The notes below the pieces were generated by a model. It was not told where the DNA came from. It did not search any database and worked only from the letters and a program-made list of their open reading frames with translations. Below, one piece after another: positions 19,030 to 33,103 of a stretch of 64,000 nucleotides of DNA (the first letter of the stretch is position 1; every line of letters begins with the position of its first letter). The DNA is taken from assembly GCF_009914755.1 (NCBI RefSeq), contig NC_060927.1; one strand, 5' to 3'. Source of the DNA: the human T2T-CHM13v2.0 reference genome, Homo sapiens. A program made the position numbers and the translations under genes.

Positions 19030-19195
19030 TTCTCAAAATTAGGTCCTAGAACTACGTCTATCAGAAGCAACTGAGTTGCTTGTTAAATGCAGATTCCCAG
19101 GCCCTGGGCCAGAGCTACCAAATCAAAGTCTCTAAGAACAAGGCCTGGAAATCTGCCTTTAGAATACCCCAGTGATTCCTATGCACCCATTAGTA
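19030..19195. mobile_element. MER5-type hAT MITE
   Basis: cttgttaaatgcagattcccaggccc core. Confidence 0.6.
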
Positions 19196-19796
19196 TACAC
19201 TCTACCAATCTGCTCAACTGTTAGTCTTTTATTTTTGCACATATGGAGGAATAAAGAGAAAATGTCCATTAAATTCTTCTCAAATATATGTAATAAGACT
19301 ATGAATAGAAGGGCTGAAGACGGAAAGGGTAGGATGGACACACCACAGGCTGTTGAACAACTGGCTTGGAGAAGCTTCTGAGCCTGAGTGGAGAAGGACA
19401 AGAACTAGAGGTGAGCTATTCACTCTCCACACCATGTGACAGCTAGGTTCATTTGAAACAGCAATTAAGCAATACAGAGGACCAAACAACATTGACTAAG
19501 TTGGAAAATAAAGACATATGAAAGAAAGTCTTTCAGAAAACAAGTGCAAGGTGTTAGAAGTCATCTAGATTGAAGACAGAGAAAAAGTGACAAGAAATAT
19601 TTCAACTGATTCTTAGGAAGGCTGCTCTGCAGAAGCAAAACAAAATAAACAAAACCAAAAAAGTAAGGAATGCCAAAAAAAAAAAAAAAAAAAAAGAGAG
19701 GGAAGATAAAAAGGAAACAAGGGGAAAAAACTGAAGGAGACACCCTGAAAAGGCAAAAGTTGAGCCTGATGGAAATAAAGTATCAGAAATGACCAA

Positions 19797-19965
19797 GGCC
19801 AGGTGTGGTGGCTCACCCTTATAATCCCAGCACTTTGGGAGCCTGAGGTGGGAGGATTGCTTGAGCCCAGGAGTCCAAAGCCGCGGTGAGCTATGGTCAA
19901 TCACACCACTGCATTGCAGTCTGGGTGACACAGTGACACCCTGTCTCAAACAAACAAACAGAAAA
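19797..19965 (+). mobile_element. Alu monomer or internally deleted AluJ
   Basis: Alu 5' end fused to a right-arm end. Confidence 0.75.
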
Positions 19966-21369
19966 GAAGTGAACCCAAGTAGAAGATAGCTCATGAGCTT
20001 TGAGTATAGGAATCATCAGTGATTTTCAGAAAGAACTGTGAAAACAGGCCAAAAATTTTTTTTTCTAAAAACTAAAACAAACACCCAAAGCAAAGAAACA
20101 AGAATATAAAAGACAAGCATTTTCCATCATAGATACTACATTCATATCTTTTGCAGATTATGGTTTTCTTTCCAGTTAAATAACTATAATTGTAACCTGA
20201 GACTGAAGTAACAAAATAAAATGAAACTGCAGAGGGAGGGAGAATGAAATATTTTTCTCCTCATTGTGCTATATCCACTTGTATAACGAAGTCCTTTTAT
20301 GTTTATACAATGCTTTATTATTGCTATTTTAGTACTTATAGCCAGATATGTACTATCTCTTTCACTAGCCTGTGAACTATTTAAAGGCAGACTGGCTCTT
20401 ATTTACCTCTGAGTTCTCTTTCTTGGGCACATAAAAGGTATTTTGTGAATATGTTTTGTTAATTAATTAATTAATTAAAACAGGACCTCAGAGTCACACT
20501 CTCTGATGGAAGTGGGGTTCTATAAATGAGGGCAACAGAGCAAAATCCCATCAACTTAAAGCAAGTTGAAGGGGAGACTGAGGCAGTAAGGAAGATTAGG
20601 GTCAGCAGCTGCAGAGAGTGAGGAGGAAGATGACAACTGGTCATTAGAGTTCCCAGCATTTCATCATTTTTGTCTGATAGCAGAACAGATCCAGAACTGT
20701 GCTTGGTCCGCTAATAACCATAGCCATTTTTAGTATAGAGTTTTCCCTTCCTCTCTTCTATCCAACATTTATCTTATTTGCACCCCTCCCCACCAAAACA
20801 AACAAACAAACAAACAAACAAACAAACCATCTAGGGTAGAACTACTTAAAAGATTCCATAAAGTCAGGTGTAGAGAAGTTAGGCAGTAGACATAAAAAGA
20901 AATCAGATGAATTATGTTCTAAGTGTTTAGGTAACTACATGCATAGGAAATGAGATTTGCATTTCAAATGAGTATACGTGCTGCTTGCTAAATTTTCCTG
21001 GCCTGTGTTATAGCTTCTCCAGGTTCTATGAATTAGAATTTTGTTTCTGTTGTCTACAGAACTAAAGGGCATAATTAATATTTCTGCAAAACACTTAAGT
21101 AACATTAGAAAATTTTAATTTGACCTGTTTATTAGGCTTACTTTTACTTAGACTAACAAAGGCATAGTTTAATTAAGGCCACCCCAGAGGGTAACAGCAA
21201 TCTGAAGGAAAGCTGTAAGTAGTGAAGTGAGATTCACAGTGTTACCTTCTAGTCATCTTAAGTTACTTTGAAAAAGACAAATACATTAGTAAAATAAAAT
21301 TGGAAAATACTGTGCATTTGAAGATTTATGGTTTACCAAATTATTTTATGTATATTAAATCTCAACAGA

Positions 21370-21985
21370 GAAAATACCAAGTGTTGGCAAAGTACATAGC
21401 AACCAGATATCTCATACATTACTTGTGGGTGTATTAACTGGACCAACTATTTTGAATAATTGTTTGGTGATATCTACTAAAGCCAAATATATGTACAAGC
21501 CATGATTATGCAATCCCACTTATAGGTATATATCCAATAAAAAGGCATATATTTATTTTCCGATTCATAAAGCCAGAAGAGGAAACTATTCAAATGCCTA
21601 TCAACAGAGAAGCTGAAAAATCAATTATTGTATTGTCATAAAATTGAATACTGTACAGCAAGGAAAAGGAACAATCTATAACTGCACAGAACAATACGGA
21701 TTAATCTCACAAACATAATGTTGAGCAAAAGAAGTCAGGCATAAAAGAGTACATACTGTGTGCGTCCATTATATAAAGTTCAAACACCAGCAAAATCTAT
21801 AGTATCAGAGACTAGGATAGAGAATATGCTTTTGGCAGGGGATTAGTGATTTGAAGGGGTATGAGGGAGATGTCTGGGGTACGGTAACATTCTCTTTCTT
21901 GTCCTGTGCGTTCATTACATGGGCATGTTCAATTTTTGAAAATTCATCAAGCTGGTCACTTCTGATGTATATACTTTTCTCTAAA
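21370..21985 (+). mobile_element. L1ME-type 3' fragment
   Basis: aatctcacaaacataatgttgagcaaaagaagtcag motif. Confidence 0.65.
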
Positions 21986-22274
21986 GTATAGGCCAAAGAT
22001 ATCTTGTTTTAGTCTCAGTTGCTATACAAACCCTAGGAGGTTGTCAAGAAAGCTATTATGATATCTCCATTTTATACAAGAAAACAATTAGGTAAAGACA
22101 AATGACTTTTTCAGAGTACTTATTTTTCACATTGTTGCCCAGCTCTAAAACAGATCTTTATCCACTTGAGATCAAGAAATGTTGTGCTTTGTATTAATTG
22201 TACATTTCTTCCCCTTTGCAGCAAGCAGTGCTTTAGAATAATAAATTACTAATTACACTAACATCTCATACACA

Positions 22275-22522
22275 TCACCTCCTGGGCTCAGATAAGCCTC
22301 CCACCTCAGCCTCCCAAGTAGCTTGGACTTTAGTTATGTGCTATAATGCCTGGCTCATTTTTATTTTTAATTTATTTATTTTAATGTATTTATTTATTTA
22401 TTTATCGTAGAGACAGGGTCTTGCTTTGTTGCCAGGCTGGTCTTGAACTCCCGGCTTCAAGAGATCCTCCTGCCTTGACCTCTTAAAGTGCTGGGATTAC
22501 AGGTCTGAGCCACCGTGCCCTG
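22275..22522 (-). mobile_element. AluJ (partial)
   Basis: Antisense Alu, head-to-head with the next Alu. Confidence 0.8.
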
Positions 22523-22597
22523 AACATTCTATTCTTTAAAATATCTCTTTAGTTACTGAAAAGCCAGTAATAAGTAAAATTATCTCAAGATGTTTGG

Positions 22598-23021
22598 GGC
22601 CAGATGCAGTAACTCATGCCTGTAATCCCAGCACTTGGGAAGCCAAGGAAGAAGGACTGATTGAGATCAGGAGTCCCAGACCAGCCTGGTCAACATAGTG
22701 AGACTTTCGTGATGAAAGAAAATGATGAACTCAGGGATTCTAACTCCCGGCTTCAGAAGCAGATTCTGAGCCTCAAATCTTCTAAGATTGTCCTGATTCA
22801 GAGTCTTATCCCCTGTAAAGAAAAAGCTGAAAAAATAAAATTAAAAAAAATAAAAAATTAGCCAGGCATGGTGGCACACATCAGTAGTCCCACCTACTAG
22901 GGAGGCTAAGGAAGGAGGATCCCTTGGGCCTGGGAGTTCTAGCCTACAGTAAGCTATGATCACACCACTGCAATCCAGCCTGGGTGGCAGAGTAAGACTC
23001 TGTCTCAAAAAAAAAAAAAAA
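22598..23021 (+). mobile_element. AluJ interrupted by a HERV-L gag fragment (22709-~22832)
   Basis: Alu left arm to ...gtgagac, then VMKENDELRDSNSRLQKQILSLKS..IPCKEKAE, then linker and right arm. Confidence 0.8.
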
Positions 23022-23051
23022 GAAAAAAGTTCTAAAACATTTAAACAACTG

Positions 23052-26000
23052 TGTGATGGTTAATACTGAGTGTCAACTTGACTGGATTGAAGGATGCAAA
23101 GTATTGATCCTGAGTGTGTCTGTGAGGGTGTTACCAACGGAGATTAACATTTGAGTCAGTGGGCTGGGGAAGGCAGACCTACCCTTAATCTGGGTCAGCA
23201 CCATCTAATCCGCTGCCAACAAATATAAAGCAGTCAGAAAACCATGAAAAGGCTAGACTGGCTTAGCCTCACAGCCTACATCTTTCTCCCCTGCTGGATG
23301 CTCCCTGCCTTTGAACACTGGACTCCAAGTTCTTCAGATTTGGGATTCGGACTGGCTTCCTTCCTCCTCAGCTTGCAGATGGCCTATGGTGGGACCTTGT
23401 GATCATGAGAGTTACTACTACTTAATAAACTCCCTTTTATATCCTATTGTATATATCTGCATTGAATGTTGCAGCTCGGGGAGTTAAAAAAAAGTTCTAA
23501 TAGTTTATTTGCGGCCAGGCACAGTGGTGCAAGCCTGTAATCCCAGCACTTTGGGAGGCCGAGGCAGGCAGATCACCTAAGGTCGGGAGTTCAAGACCAG
23601 TCTGATCAACATGGAGAAACCCCATCTCTACTATAAAAAAAAATAAATAAATTAGCCTGGTGTGGTGGCACATGCCTGTAATCCTAGCTACTCGGGAGGC
23701 TGAGGCAGGAGAATCACTTGAAACCGGGAGGCAGAGGATTGTGGTGAGCTGAGATTGCACCATTGCACTCTGGCCTGGGCAACAAGAGCGGAACTCTGTC
23801 TCAAAAAAAAAAAATATATATATATATATATTTGCTTGGTGAGCTGAAATATGGATGAAAAGGTGGCCCACTGTGAGTGAGCTGGAAATGCCTGATCTCG
23901 CTTGGTTTAATATACAGGAAGGAATCCAAAGGCTTAGGGAGATTGGGATGGTGGAGTGGATTAGTTACTTTAGAAATACTCATCCCAGCTGGGAGGTTCC
24001 AGAAGATATACCCTTCTCTAGTGCTTTGCAAAACATATTTGTGAGGGCAGCGCCTGCATTTTTGAAGAGCCCTGTAATTGCTCTTCTCTGTATGTCAGAT
24101 CTAACAGTGGGAACCACAGTCACTCAACTATGAAATTTAAATACAGTGGGAATAATTGGATGCTGAGATGGCAGGGGCCAATTGGTGGCACTCAACTGTG
24201 AAAGGCAAGGTGGGCATAGCTACTGTAATGAACAGCAGAGGCAAAGCAGCAATCAGAATAGTCTGACTCATGTACAGCTCTGCATTGGCTAATTAATTAC
24301 AGTGTTCCTAGAAGTAAAATTCATAGGAAGCCTACTGCACTCCTACTTAATTTATATAAGCAGGAAACTTCTAGGTCGAATGGACAAAAGACTAACTTGA
24401 ATTATGAAAACAACGAATCATGGCCCCTCATCAATTTCCAGACTTGAGCCAGTTTACAAACCCAGAACTTCTCGAATAAATGGGAGGCTGGGTCCCCTTG
24501 AGGAAGGACCCCACTACACTACTGACTATTTATGCTGTTAATCTTTCTCCCATCCTTCCCCAAGGAGACCTCTGGGCTTTTTCCAGGGTAACTATGTATT
24601 GGGGAAAGGGAAATGATCAGACACTTTGGGGACTACTGGACATTGGCTGAGGTGACGTTGATTCCAGGGGACCCAAACATCATTGTGGCTCTCCAGTTAA
24701 AGTAGAGGCTTATGGAGGTCAGGTCACTGATGGAGTTTTAGCTCAGGTTCAACTTATGGTGGGTCCAGAGGGTCCCTGGACTCCTCCTGTGGTCACTTCC
24801 CCAGTGCCAGAATGCATAATTGGGATATACATAATAATTAGTAGCTGGCAGGATGCCCACATTGGCTCCCTGACTGGTAGAGTGAGAGCTATTATGGTGA
24901 GAAAGGCCAAATGGAAGCCATGAGAGCTGCCTCTACCTCGAAAAATAGTAAATTAAAAACAATGTCATATCCCTGGAGGGATTGTGGAGATTAGTGCCAC
25001 CATCAAGGGCTTGAAAGATATAAGGGTGGTGATTCCCACCACATCCCTGTTCAACTGTCCTATTTGGCTTGTGCAGAAGACAGATGGATCTTGGAGAATG
25101 ACAGTGGATTATCATAAGATTAACCAAGTGGTGATTCCAAATGCAGCTGCTGTACCAGACGTAGTTTCATTGCTTGAGCAAATTAACACATATCCTGGTA
25201 CCTGGTATGCAGCCATTGAATTGGCAAATGGCTTTTTCTCCATTCTTGTCCACAACACCCACCAGAAGCAATTTGCCTTCAGCTGGCAAGGCCTGCAATT
25301 TACCTTTACTGTCCTACCTCAGGAGTATATCAACTCTCCAGCTTTGTGTCATAATCTAATTGAGAGAGAACTTGATCACTTTTCACTTCCACAAGCTATC
25401 ACACTGGTCCATTACATTGATGACATTATGCTGATTAGACCTGGTGAGCAAGTAGCAGCAAACATGCTGGACTTACTGGCGAGACATGTGTATGCCAGAG
25501 GATGGGAAATAAATCTGACTAAAATTTAAGGACCTTCTACCTCAGTAAAATTTCTAGGAGTCCAGTGGTGTGGGGCCTGTTGAGATATTCCTTCTAAGGT
25601 GAAGGATGAGTTGTTGCATTTGGCCCCTCATACAACCATGAAAGAGGCACAATGCCTAGTGGGCCTATTTGGATTTTGGAGGCAACACATTCCTCATTTG
25701 GGTGTGTCACATTTATCGAGTGACCTGAAAGGCTGCCAGTTTTGAGTGGGGTCCAGAACAGAAGGCTCTGCAACAGATCAGGCTGCTGTGTAAGCGGCTC
25801 TGCCACTTGGGCCATATGACCCAGAAGATCCAATGTTGCTTGAAGTGTCAGTGGCAGATAGAGATGCTGTTTGGAGCCCCTGGCAGGCCCCCATAGGTGA
25901 ATCACAGCAGAGGCCTCTAGGATTTTGGAGCAAGACCATGTTATCTTCTGCAGATAGCTACTCTCCTTTAGAGAGACAGCTCTGGACCTGTTACTGGGCT

Positions 26001-28732
26001 TTGGTGGAAACTGAACGTTTGACTATGGGTCATCAAGTCACCATGTGACCTGAACGGCTATCATGAACTGGGTGCTTTCTGACCCATCTAGCCATAAAGT
26101 GGGTCATGCACAGCAGCATTCCATCATCAAATGGAAGTGGTATATACATGATCGGGCTCAAGCAGGTCCCATAGGCACAAGTAAGTTACATGACGAAGTG
26201 GCTCCAATGCCCATGGTCTCCACTTCTGCCACCCTGCCTGCACCGATGGCCTCATGGGGAGTTCCCTAAGATCAGTTGACAGAGGAAGAGAAGACCAGGG
26301 CCTGGTTCGCAGACGGTTCTGCACGATATGCAGGCACCACTCCAAAGTGGACAGCTGCAGCACTATAGCCCCTTTCTAGGAAATCCCTGAAGGATAGCAG
26401 TGAAGGGAAATCTTCCCAGTGGGCAGAACTTCTAGCAGTACACCTGGTTGTACACTTTGCATGGAAGGAGAAATGGCCAGATGTGCAATTATATACTGAC
26501 TCATGGGCTGTAGCCAATGGTTTGGCTGGATGGTCAGGGACTTGGAAGAAGCATGATTGGAAAATTGGTGACAAAGAAATTTGGGGAAGAGATATGTGGA
26601 TGGACCTCCCTGAGTGGTCAAAAACTGTGAAGATATTTGTATCCCATGTGAGTGCTCAACAATGGATGACCTCAGCAGAGGAGGATTTTAATAATCAAGT
26701 GGATAGGATGACCTGTTCTGTGGACACCACTCAGCCTCTATCCTCAGCCACCCGTCTTCGCCCAATAGGCCCATAAACAAAGTGGCCATGGTGGCAGGGA
26801 TGGAGGTTATGCATGGGCTCGGCAACATGGACTTCCACTCACCAAGGATGACCTGGCTACAGCCACTGCTGAATGCCCAGTTTGCCAGCAGCAGAGACCA
26901 ACACTGAGCCCTCGATATGGCACCAATCCTCAGGGTGATCAGCCAGCTACCTGGTGACAGGTTGATTTTATTGGACCTCTTACATCATGGAAATGGCAGA
27001 GGTTTGTCCTCACTGGAATAGACACTTACTCTGGATTTGGGTTTGCCTATCCTGCATGCAATGCTTCTGCCAAGACTACCATCCATGGACTCAGGGAATG
27101 CCTTATGCACCATCATGGTACTCCACACAGCATTGTCTCTGACCAAGGCAATCACTTTATGGCTAAAGAAGTGCAGAAGTTGGCTGATGCTCATGAAATT
27201 CACTGCTCTTACCATGTTCCCCATCATCCAGAAGCAGCTGGATTGATAGAACGGTGGAATGGCTTTTTGAAGTCACAATTACAATGCCAACTAGGTGACA
27301 ATACTTGCAGGGCTGAGGCAAAGTTCTCCAGAAGGCCATGTGTGCTCTGAATCAGCATCCAATATACGGTACTGTTTCTCCCATAGCCAGGCTTCACGGG
27401 TCCAGGAATCAAGGGGTGGAAGTGGAAGTGGCACCACTCACCATCATCCCTAGTGATCCACTAGCAAAACTTTTGCTTCCTGTTCCTGAAACATTACATT
27501 CTGCTGGCCTAGAGGTCTTAGTTCCAGAGGGAGGAACACTGCCACCAGGAGACAACAATTCCATTAAACTGGAAGTTAATGGAATAACTTCCATTAACTT
27601 TGGGCTCCTTCTACCATTAAGTCAACAGGCTAAGAAGGGAGTTACAGTGTTAGCTGGGGTGATTTACCTGGACTATCAAGATGAAATCAGTCTACTACTC
27701 CACAATGGAGGTAAGGAAGAGTATGCATGAAATACAGGAGACCATTAGGGTGTCTCTCAGTATTACCATGCCCTGTGATTAAGGTCAATGGGAAAGTACA
27801 ACAGCCCAATCCAGGCAGGACTACAAATGACCCAGACCCTTTAGGAATGAAGGTTTGTGTCACTCCATCAGGAAAAAAAGACTAAGGCCTGTTGAGGTGC
27901 TTGCTGAAGGCAAAGGGAATACAGAGTGGGTAGTAGAAGAAATTCATCAATACCAGCTACAACCACGTGACCAGCTCAGAAACAAGGACTGTAACTGTCA
28001 TGAGTATTTCCTCCTTTTGTTAAAAACCTGTTTGTGCATGTATACACTTGTACTAAGAAAGTATCTTCATTTAATTTCCTTTTCCTTTATGTGACATAAG
28101 ATTTATAGACTTCATGTCAGCATTTAAGTATTGCTAACTTTATGTAATAGTATTTGGGTTGGGGATTGGTGCATTTCCAGTTGTACAAAGGACAGTTGTA
28201 TTATGTTAGGTGTAATTATGACCTTATTATTGTCTTTATTTGAAGATTATGTATGATCTCAGGAGATGTGTATAGGTTTAAGTTGACAAGGGGTGGACTT
28301 GTGATGGTTAATACTGAGTGGCAACTTGATTGGATTGAAGAACACAAAGTATTGATCCTGGGTGTGTCTATGAGGGTGCTGCCAACGGAAATTAACATTT
28401 GAGTCAGTGGGCTGGGGAAGGCAGACCTACCTTTAATCCGGGTGAGCACCATCTAATCAGCTGCCAGCAAATATAAAGGGGGAGGAAAACCGTGAAAAGG
28501 CTAGACTAGCTTAGCTTCACAGCCTACATCTTTCTCCCCTGCTGGATGCTTCCTGCCCTTGAACATTGGACTCCAAATTCTTCAGCTTTGGGACTCAGAC
28601 TGGCTTCCTTGCTCCTCAGCTTTCAGATGACCTATTGTGGGACCTTGCGATCATGTGAGTTAATACTACTTAATAAACTCTCATATGTATATTAGTCCTA
28701 TTAGTTCTGTCCCTCTAGAGAACCCTAATACA
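23052..28732 (+). mobile_element. HERV-L provirus with MLT2A1-type LTRs (5' LTR 23052-~23448, 3'-truncated; 3' LTR 28300-28732); decayed gag-pro-pol-dUTPase, no env
   Basis: 5-bp TSD aactg on both sides; LTRs about 10% divergent by hand count. Protease LLDIG ~24633, RT ORF 24984-25529 with YIDD, RNase H (YTDSWAVANG), integrase (SDQG..ERWNG), dUTPase ~27500-27730, polypurine tract before 28300. Confidence 0.93.
23513..23830 (+). mobile_element. AluSp/Sq-like, inserted in HERV-L gag; tail ends in (TA)n
   Basis: aacatggagaaacccc and aacaagagcg diagnostics; tatttgc on both sides. Confidence 0.85.
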
Positions 28733-28932
28733 AACTGTAATCTCACTGTAACACAGTAACTATTTTGATATTATATTCCAGGTGAATTAGTATGTTTATA
28801 TCATGGTAATCCTAAAATAGGTACTTTTTGGGTGATGTTTTATTTAGTTTTAAATGAAAATAGCAATATTATACATGCTGAAATATTTTTAATAGAAGTA
28901 TAAAAGTAAAAGGAAAAGTGCTATACCTTTCA

Positions 28933-29272
<340 letters not shown>

Positions 29273-30023
29273 GAGTAGTCACTATTAACGCATCCACCTT
29301 TTTCCTTGTATACTTATACATACACATCTATAATTTGGTCTTGTTTTACTTCCATTTAACATTTTGTTATAAACATTTTCCATGTTTTCATATAATTGCT
29401 ATTTCAAAGCCTACATACCATTCCTTTCTGTGGATATAGTAATCAGGACTCTTAATTTTAAGTGACAGAACTCAAACTGGCTTAAGAAAAACAGAGGCTT
29501 ATTGACTCATATAACTGGGGTGGGCATAGGTGGAAGAGATGTTAGATGTGACTGGATCCAAGGCTCAGATGACGTTTTCAGGAATGTGTCAGCTGAGTCT
29601 CTGTCACTCTTCATCTCTTGTCTCTGCTTGTGTGTAGGCCTTACTTGGTCTGACTGCAGCTAGGCTTTCTGCATGTGGCTGAGAATGTTAGGGTTATATT
29701 TTTCCAGTTCTAGACCCTAGAGGAAAGAAGAGGTCTTCCTAACCAACTCCAAAGGAAAAGTCATAGGAAAGGACTTTGATTGACTTGTCTTTAAACCAAC
29801 CACTGTGGGCTATGGAGATGGGACAAACTGATTGATCACCCTAGGTCATGTGCCTACCTATACATTTAGGAAGGGCAAAGGAAGTGATAGGGAAGAAACA
29901 GCTGAGCAACAGTACCTTTCACAGATTCTAAATCCTGGACTTTGAGATTGTTTCAGTATTTTGGCTGTGACTGATAACACTGGGAACATCTTTAAGGCTA
30001 TTCCTCTTACTCTTATGGGATTA

Positions 30024-30624
30024 CAGTTTGCCCTCTGTATCTGTGGATTCCACATCAACAGATTCAACCAACCATGGATCAAAAATTTTTTCAACAATAC
30101 AGCTGGGTGTGGTGGCTCACGCCTGTAATCCCAGCACTTTGGGAGGCCAAGGAAGGTGGATCACTTAAGGCCAGGAGTTTGAGACCAGCCTAGCCAACAT
30201 TGTGAAACCCCGTCTCCACTAAAATTACAAAAATTAGCTTGATGTGGTGGTGCATGCCTGTAATCTCAGCTCCTTGAGAGGCTGAGACTCAAGAATTGCT
30301 TGAACCCAGGAGGCAGAGGTTGCAGTGAGCTGAGATTGTGTCACTGCACTCTAGCCTGGGCAACAGAGTGAGACTCTGTCTCAAAACGACAACAATACAA
30401 CAAAAAATAATGCAAATAAAACAATATAGTATAGAAACTAAATAGCATTTACATTGTATTAGGCATTGTAAGTCACCTAGAGATGATCTGAAGTATATGA
30501 GAGGATGTGTGTAGGTTACATGCAAATATGACACCATTTTATATAAGGGACTTGAGCATCTGCAGATTTGGGTATCCACTGGAGGTCCTGGAACCAATCT
30601 CCTGTGGATACCAAGGAACAACTG
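30024..30624. mobile_element. MER2 (Tigger-family) with an AluS (~30100-30400) inserted
   Basis: TA-flanked termini cagtttgccctctgtatc and gataccaaggaacaactg. Confidence 0.8.
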
Positions 30625-30995
30625 TATTTCCTTATGAAAAATTCTTTGGAGTAGAATTTCTGGATCCAGGAGTATCACACATTCTTGTGGTTCTTGCTAC
30701 ATGTTACACTTATTGTTTTTCAAGAGGATTGTGCCAAAGAAGTAGCTTTTAAAAAATGAGACCTTATGAAAATTCTGAAGTCCATTTATTAATTCAACAA
30801 ATATTTGTTCAGCACCTACTATATGCCAGGCACTATATTTACCCACACCTGCCACACAGGGAGTCAGCAGGGTCTAAATCCAAATCCATATGAGTGATCT
30901 GTCTCTAGCAAGAAGACTACATGTCCAGAGATGTTAAGTTCTGTTTAAAAGTCATTATGGATGCTTGTGGGTGGGGCAATGGTCTTCAAAATAAA

Positions 30996-31265
30996 TTTTT
31001 TGAGAAAGGCTCTCAGACTGTTGCCCAGGCTGAAGTGCAGTGGCATGTTCATAGATCACTGTGATATCAAACTCCTGGGCTCAAGCTATCCTCCCAGTTT
31101 AGTATACCGAGTAGCTAGGAGTATAGGCATATGCCACCCTGCCTGGCTAACCTTTTTAAATTTTTTGTAAAGATGGGGTCTTACTATGTTGTCTCAAGCA
31201 ATCCTCCTGCCTTGGCCTCCCAAATTGCTAGGATTACAGGTGTGAACCACCCCACCTGGCCAGGC
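30996..31265 (-). mobile_element. AluJ (degraded)
   Basis: Antisense Alu motifs. Confidence 0.75.
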
Positions 31266-32794
31266 CAATAGTCTTGATGTGGGTCTATCAATTATCAACT
31301 TTCCTAAAATGATGTCAGCATTTTTTGGTTGTCCAAACGATTTCTTTTCATTCAGAAACTTTTTTGCAAATTAACTATACAGACACAATCTAAATTGTAA
31401 TCTGAGTCATCACCACCCACCAGCGAACTTCATTTTTCTGAGCTTCAGCTTGCTCATATCTGAATGACAATGCCTGCCAAGCACTCAGCTCTGGGCCACT
31501 GAGGGGATCAAAGGTGATGAATGAGGGAACGAGGAGACTAGTTACTTAAAGAGTGATGAGAAGGTTTTGAAGAACCAATGCAGTGAACATGATAGGAAGT
31601 TAAAACACTGAAAAAGATAATTTGTTAAACTGTAGAGCATGATATGAATGTAAGATATTATTACAATCAAGAGAGGTACTGCAAGAGTCAGTTCTTTTTT
31701 TTCATATAAATATGGCACAAAATTATAACCATGGAATATAAAGCTAGGTTTTGAAATTCTGTCACTACCTTTACAAAAAGAAATAAAGAAAAAAAATTTC
31801 TGAAAATGCCTCTTCCTTTAACCAGGATCTCTTGGTATATTATGAACACTTTATTAAATATGGAGATGGAATGATGAGTTAATAAAAACAAATGAATAAA
31901 TTTACATAGACTTGCTAACTTCCCTCCAGATTTGAGTTCCATAAACAAGAATTGATCACGTAAGGCATGAATAACAGGGCATGTGAATTGTACTTAGGTT
32001 TTAACATTGGCTAAATGTTCTTAGAGTTACAGCCATAGTTTCTTCCCCCCATAAGTGAACAACTTTAGAGATCATTTAGTTCAATTCCCTTGTTTTACAG
32101 ACTGTTTTGGTTTCATTGCTTGAGCAGAAACTTATAATATATGCTTCCATGTGGTTACTACCCATATATTTTAAAAAGACATGTTTGTTTAGTTCTCCTT
32201 CACTATATTGTGGCTATTTTTGAAAGGTACATAAATAGAGAAACCATTAGAACTATTATGGAGTGGTCCAGCTTGCTTATGAATACATTTCATCATGTAA
32301 TCAATCACAAGATTTAAAAATAGTTGGCATTTACATGGAAAGGTTCATAAAATGCTTCATGAATGAAGGCCTCATTTATTTCTAAAATGCATTCATGGTT
32401 ATTGAGTTCCATCATAAGTAATAGTGGGAATGGAAATTGTGGAATCTCAAATCTATTGTTTTTCAATTTTCAACATATGTTTTAAACATACACCTACTGC
32501 TGGGAACTGTGAGCTGTCTTCTTTCTGATGTTTGCCACATCATTACACTATTAACAAAAGGTTTCAGTTGACTAAAAGCCAAATTCTAGCAGAAAGGAAG
32601 ATCAATTAAGCACTTAATTATAATTTTCTGTTTAATGGCATTTTATTTAACTCATGCTTTATCATTTTATCACCAGTTTTAGCATATGCAAATATTAGCT
32701 AATTTTGTTACTGTGGTAAGAAATAGAAGCCATATAGAATTCACAGGGCTCCTGAGTGATACCCAAACACAGTACTATTTACTTACTTTATTAT

Positions 32795-33103
32795 TTTTTT
32801 CCTTTTTTCAAGACAGCATCCTGCTCTGTCACCCAGGCTAGACTGCAGTGGTGTGATCACAGCTTACTGCAGCCTAGACCTTGTGGGCTCAAGCAATAGT
32901 CCCACCTCAGCCTTCCATGGAACTGGGACTACAGACTAACTGGGACTACAGGCATGCACCACCATGCCTGGCTAATTTTTTTGTAGAGACAGGGTTTCAC
33001 CATGTTGCCCAGGCTGCTCGTGAACTCCTGGGCTCAAGCAATCTACCACCTCCCTTGACCTCCCAAAGTGTTGGGATTACAGGTGTAACCCACTGCACCT
33101 GTC
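32795..33103 (-). mobile_element. AluJ with a small internal duplication
   Basis: aactgggactacag repeated; TSD cacagtactatt. Confidence 0.8.

Noticed and set aside
23022-23499. aaaaaagttctaa repeated on both sides of the 5' LTR
   Set aside because: The second copy is native HERV-L gag and the true TSD is aactg; probably chance in A-rich DNA
24984-25529. 181-aa RT ORF as a domesticated gene
   Set aside because: Bounded by stops and frameshifts within a uniformly decayed HERV-L pol
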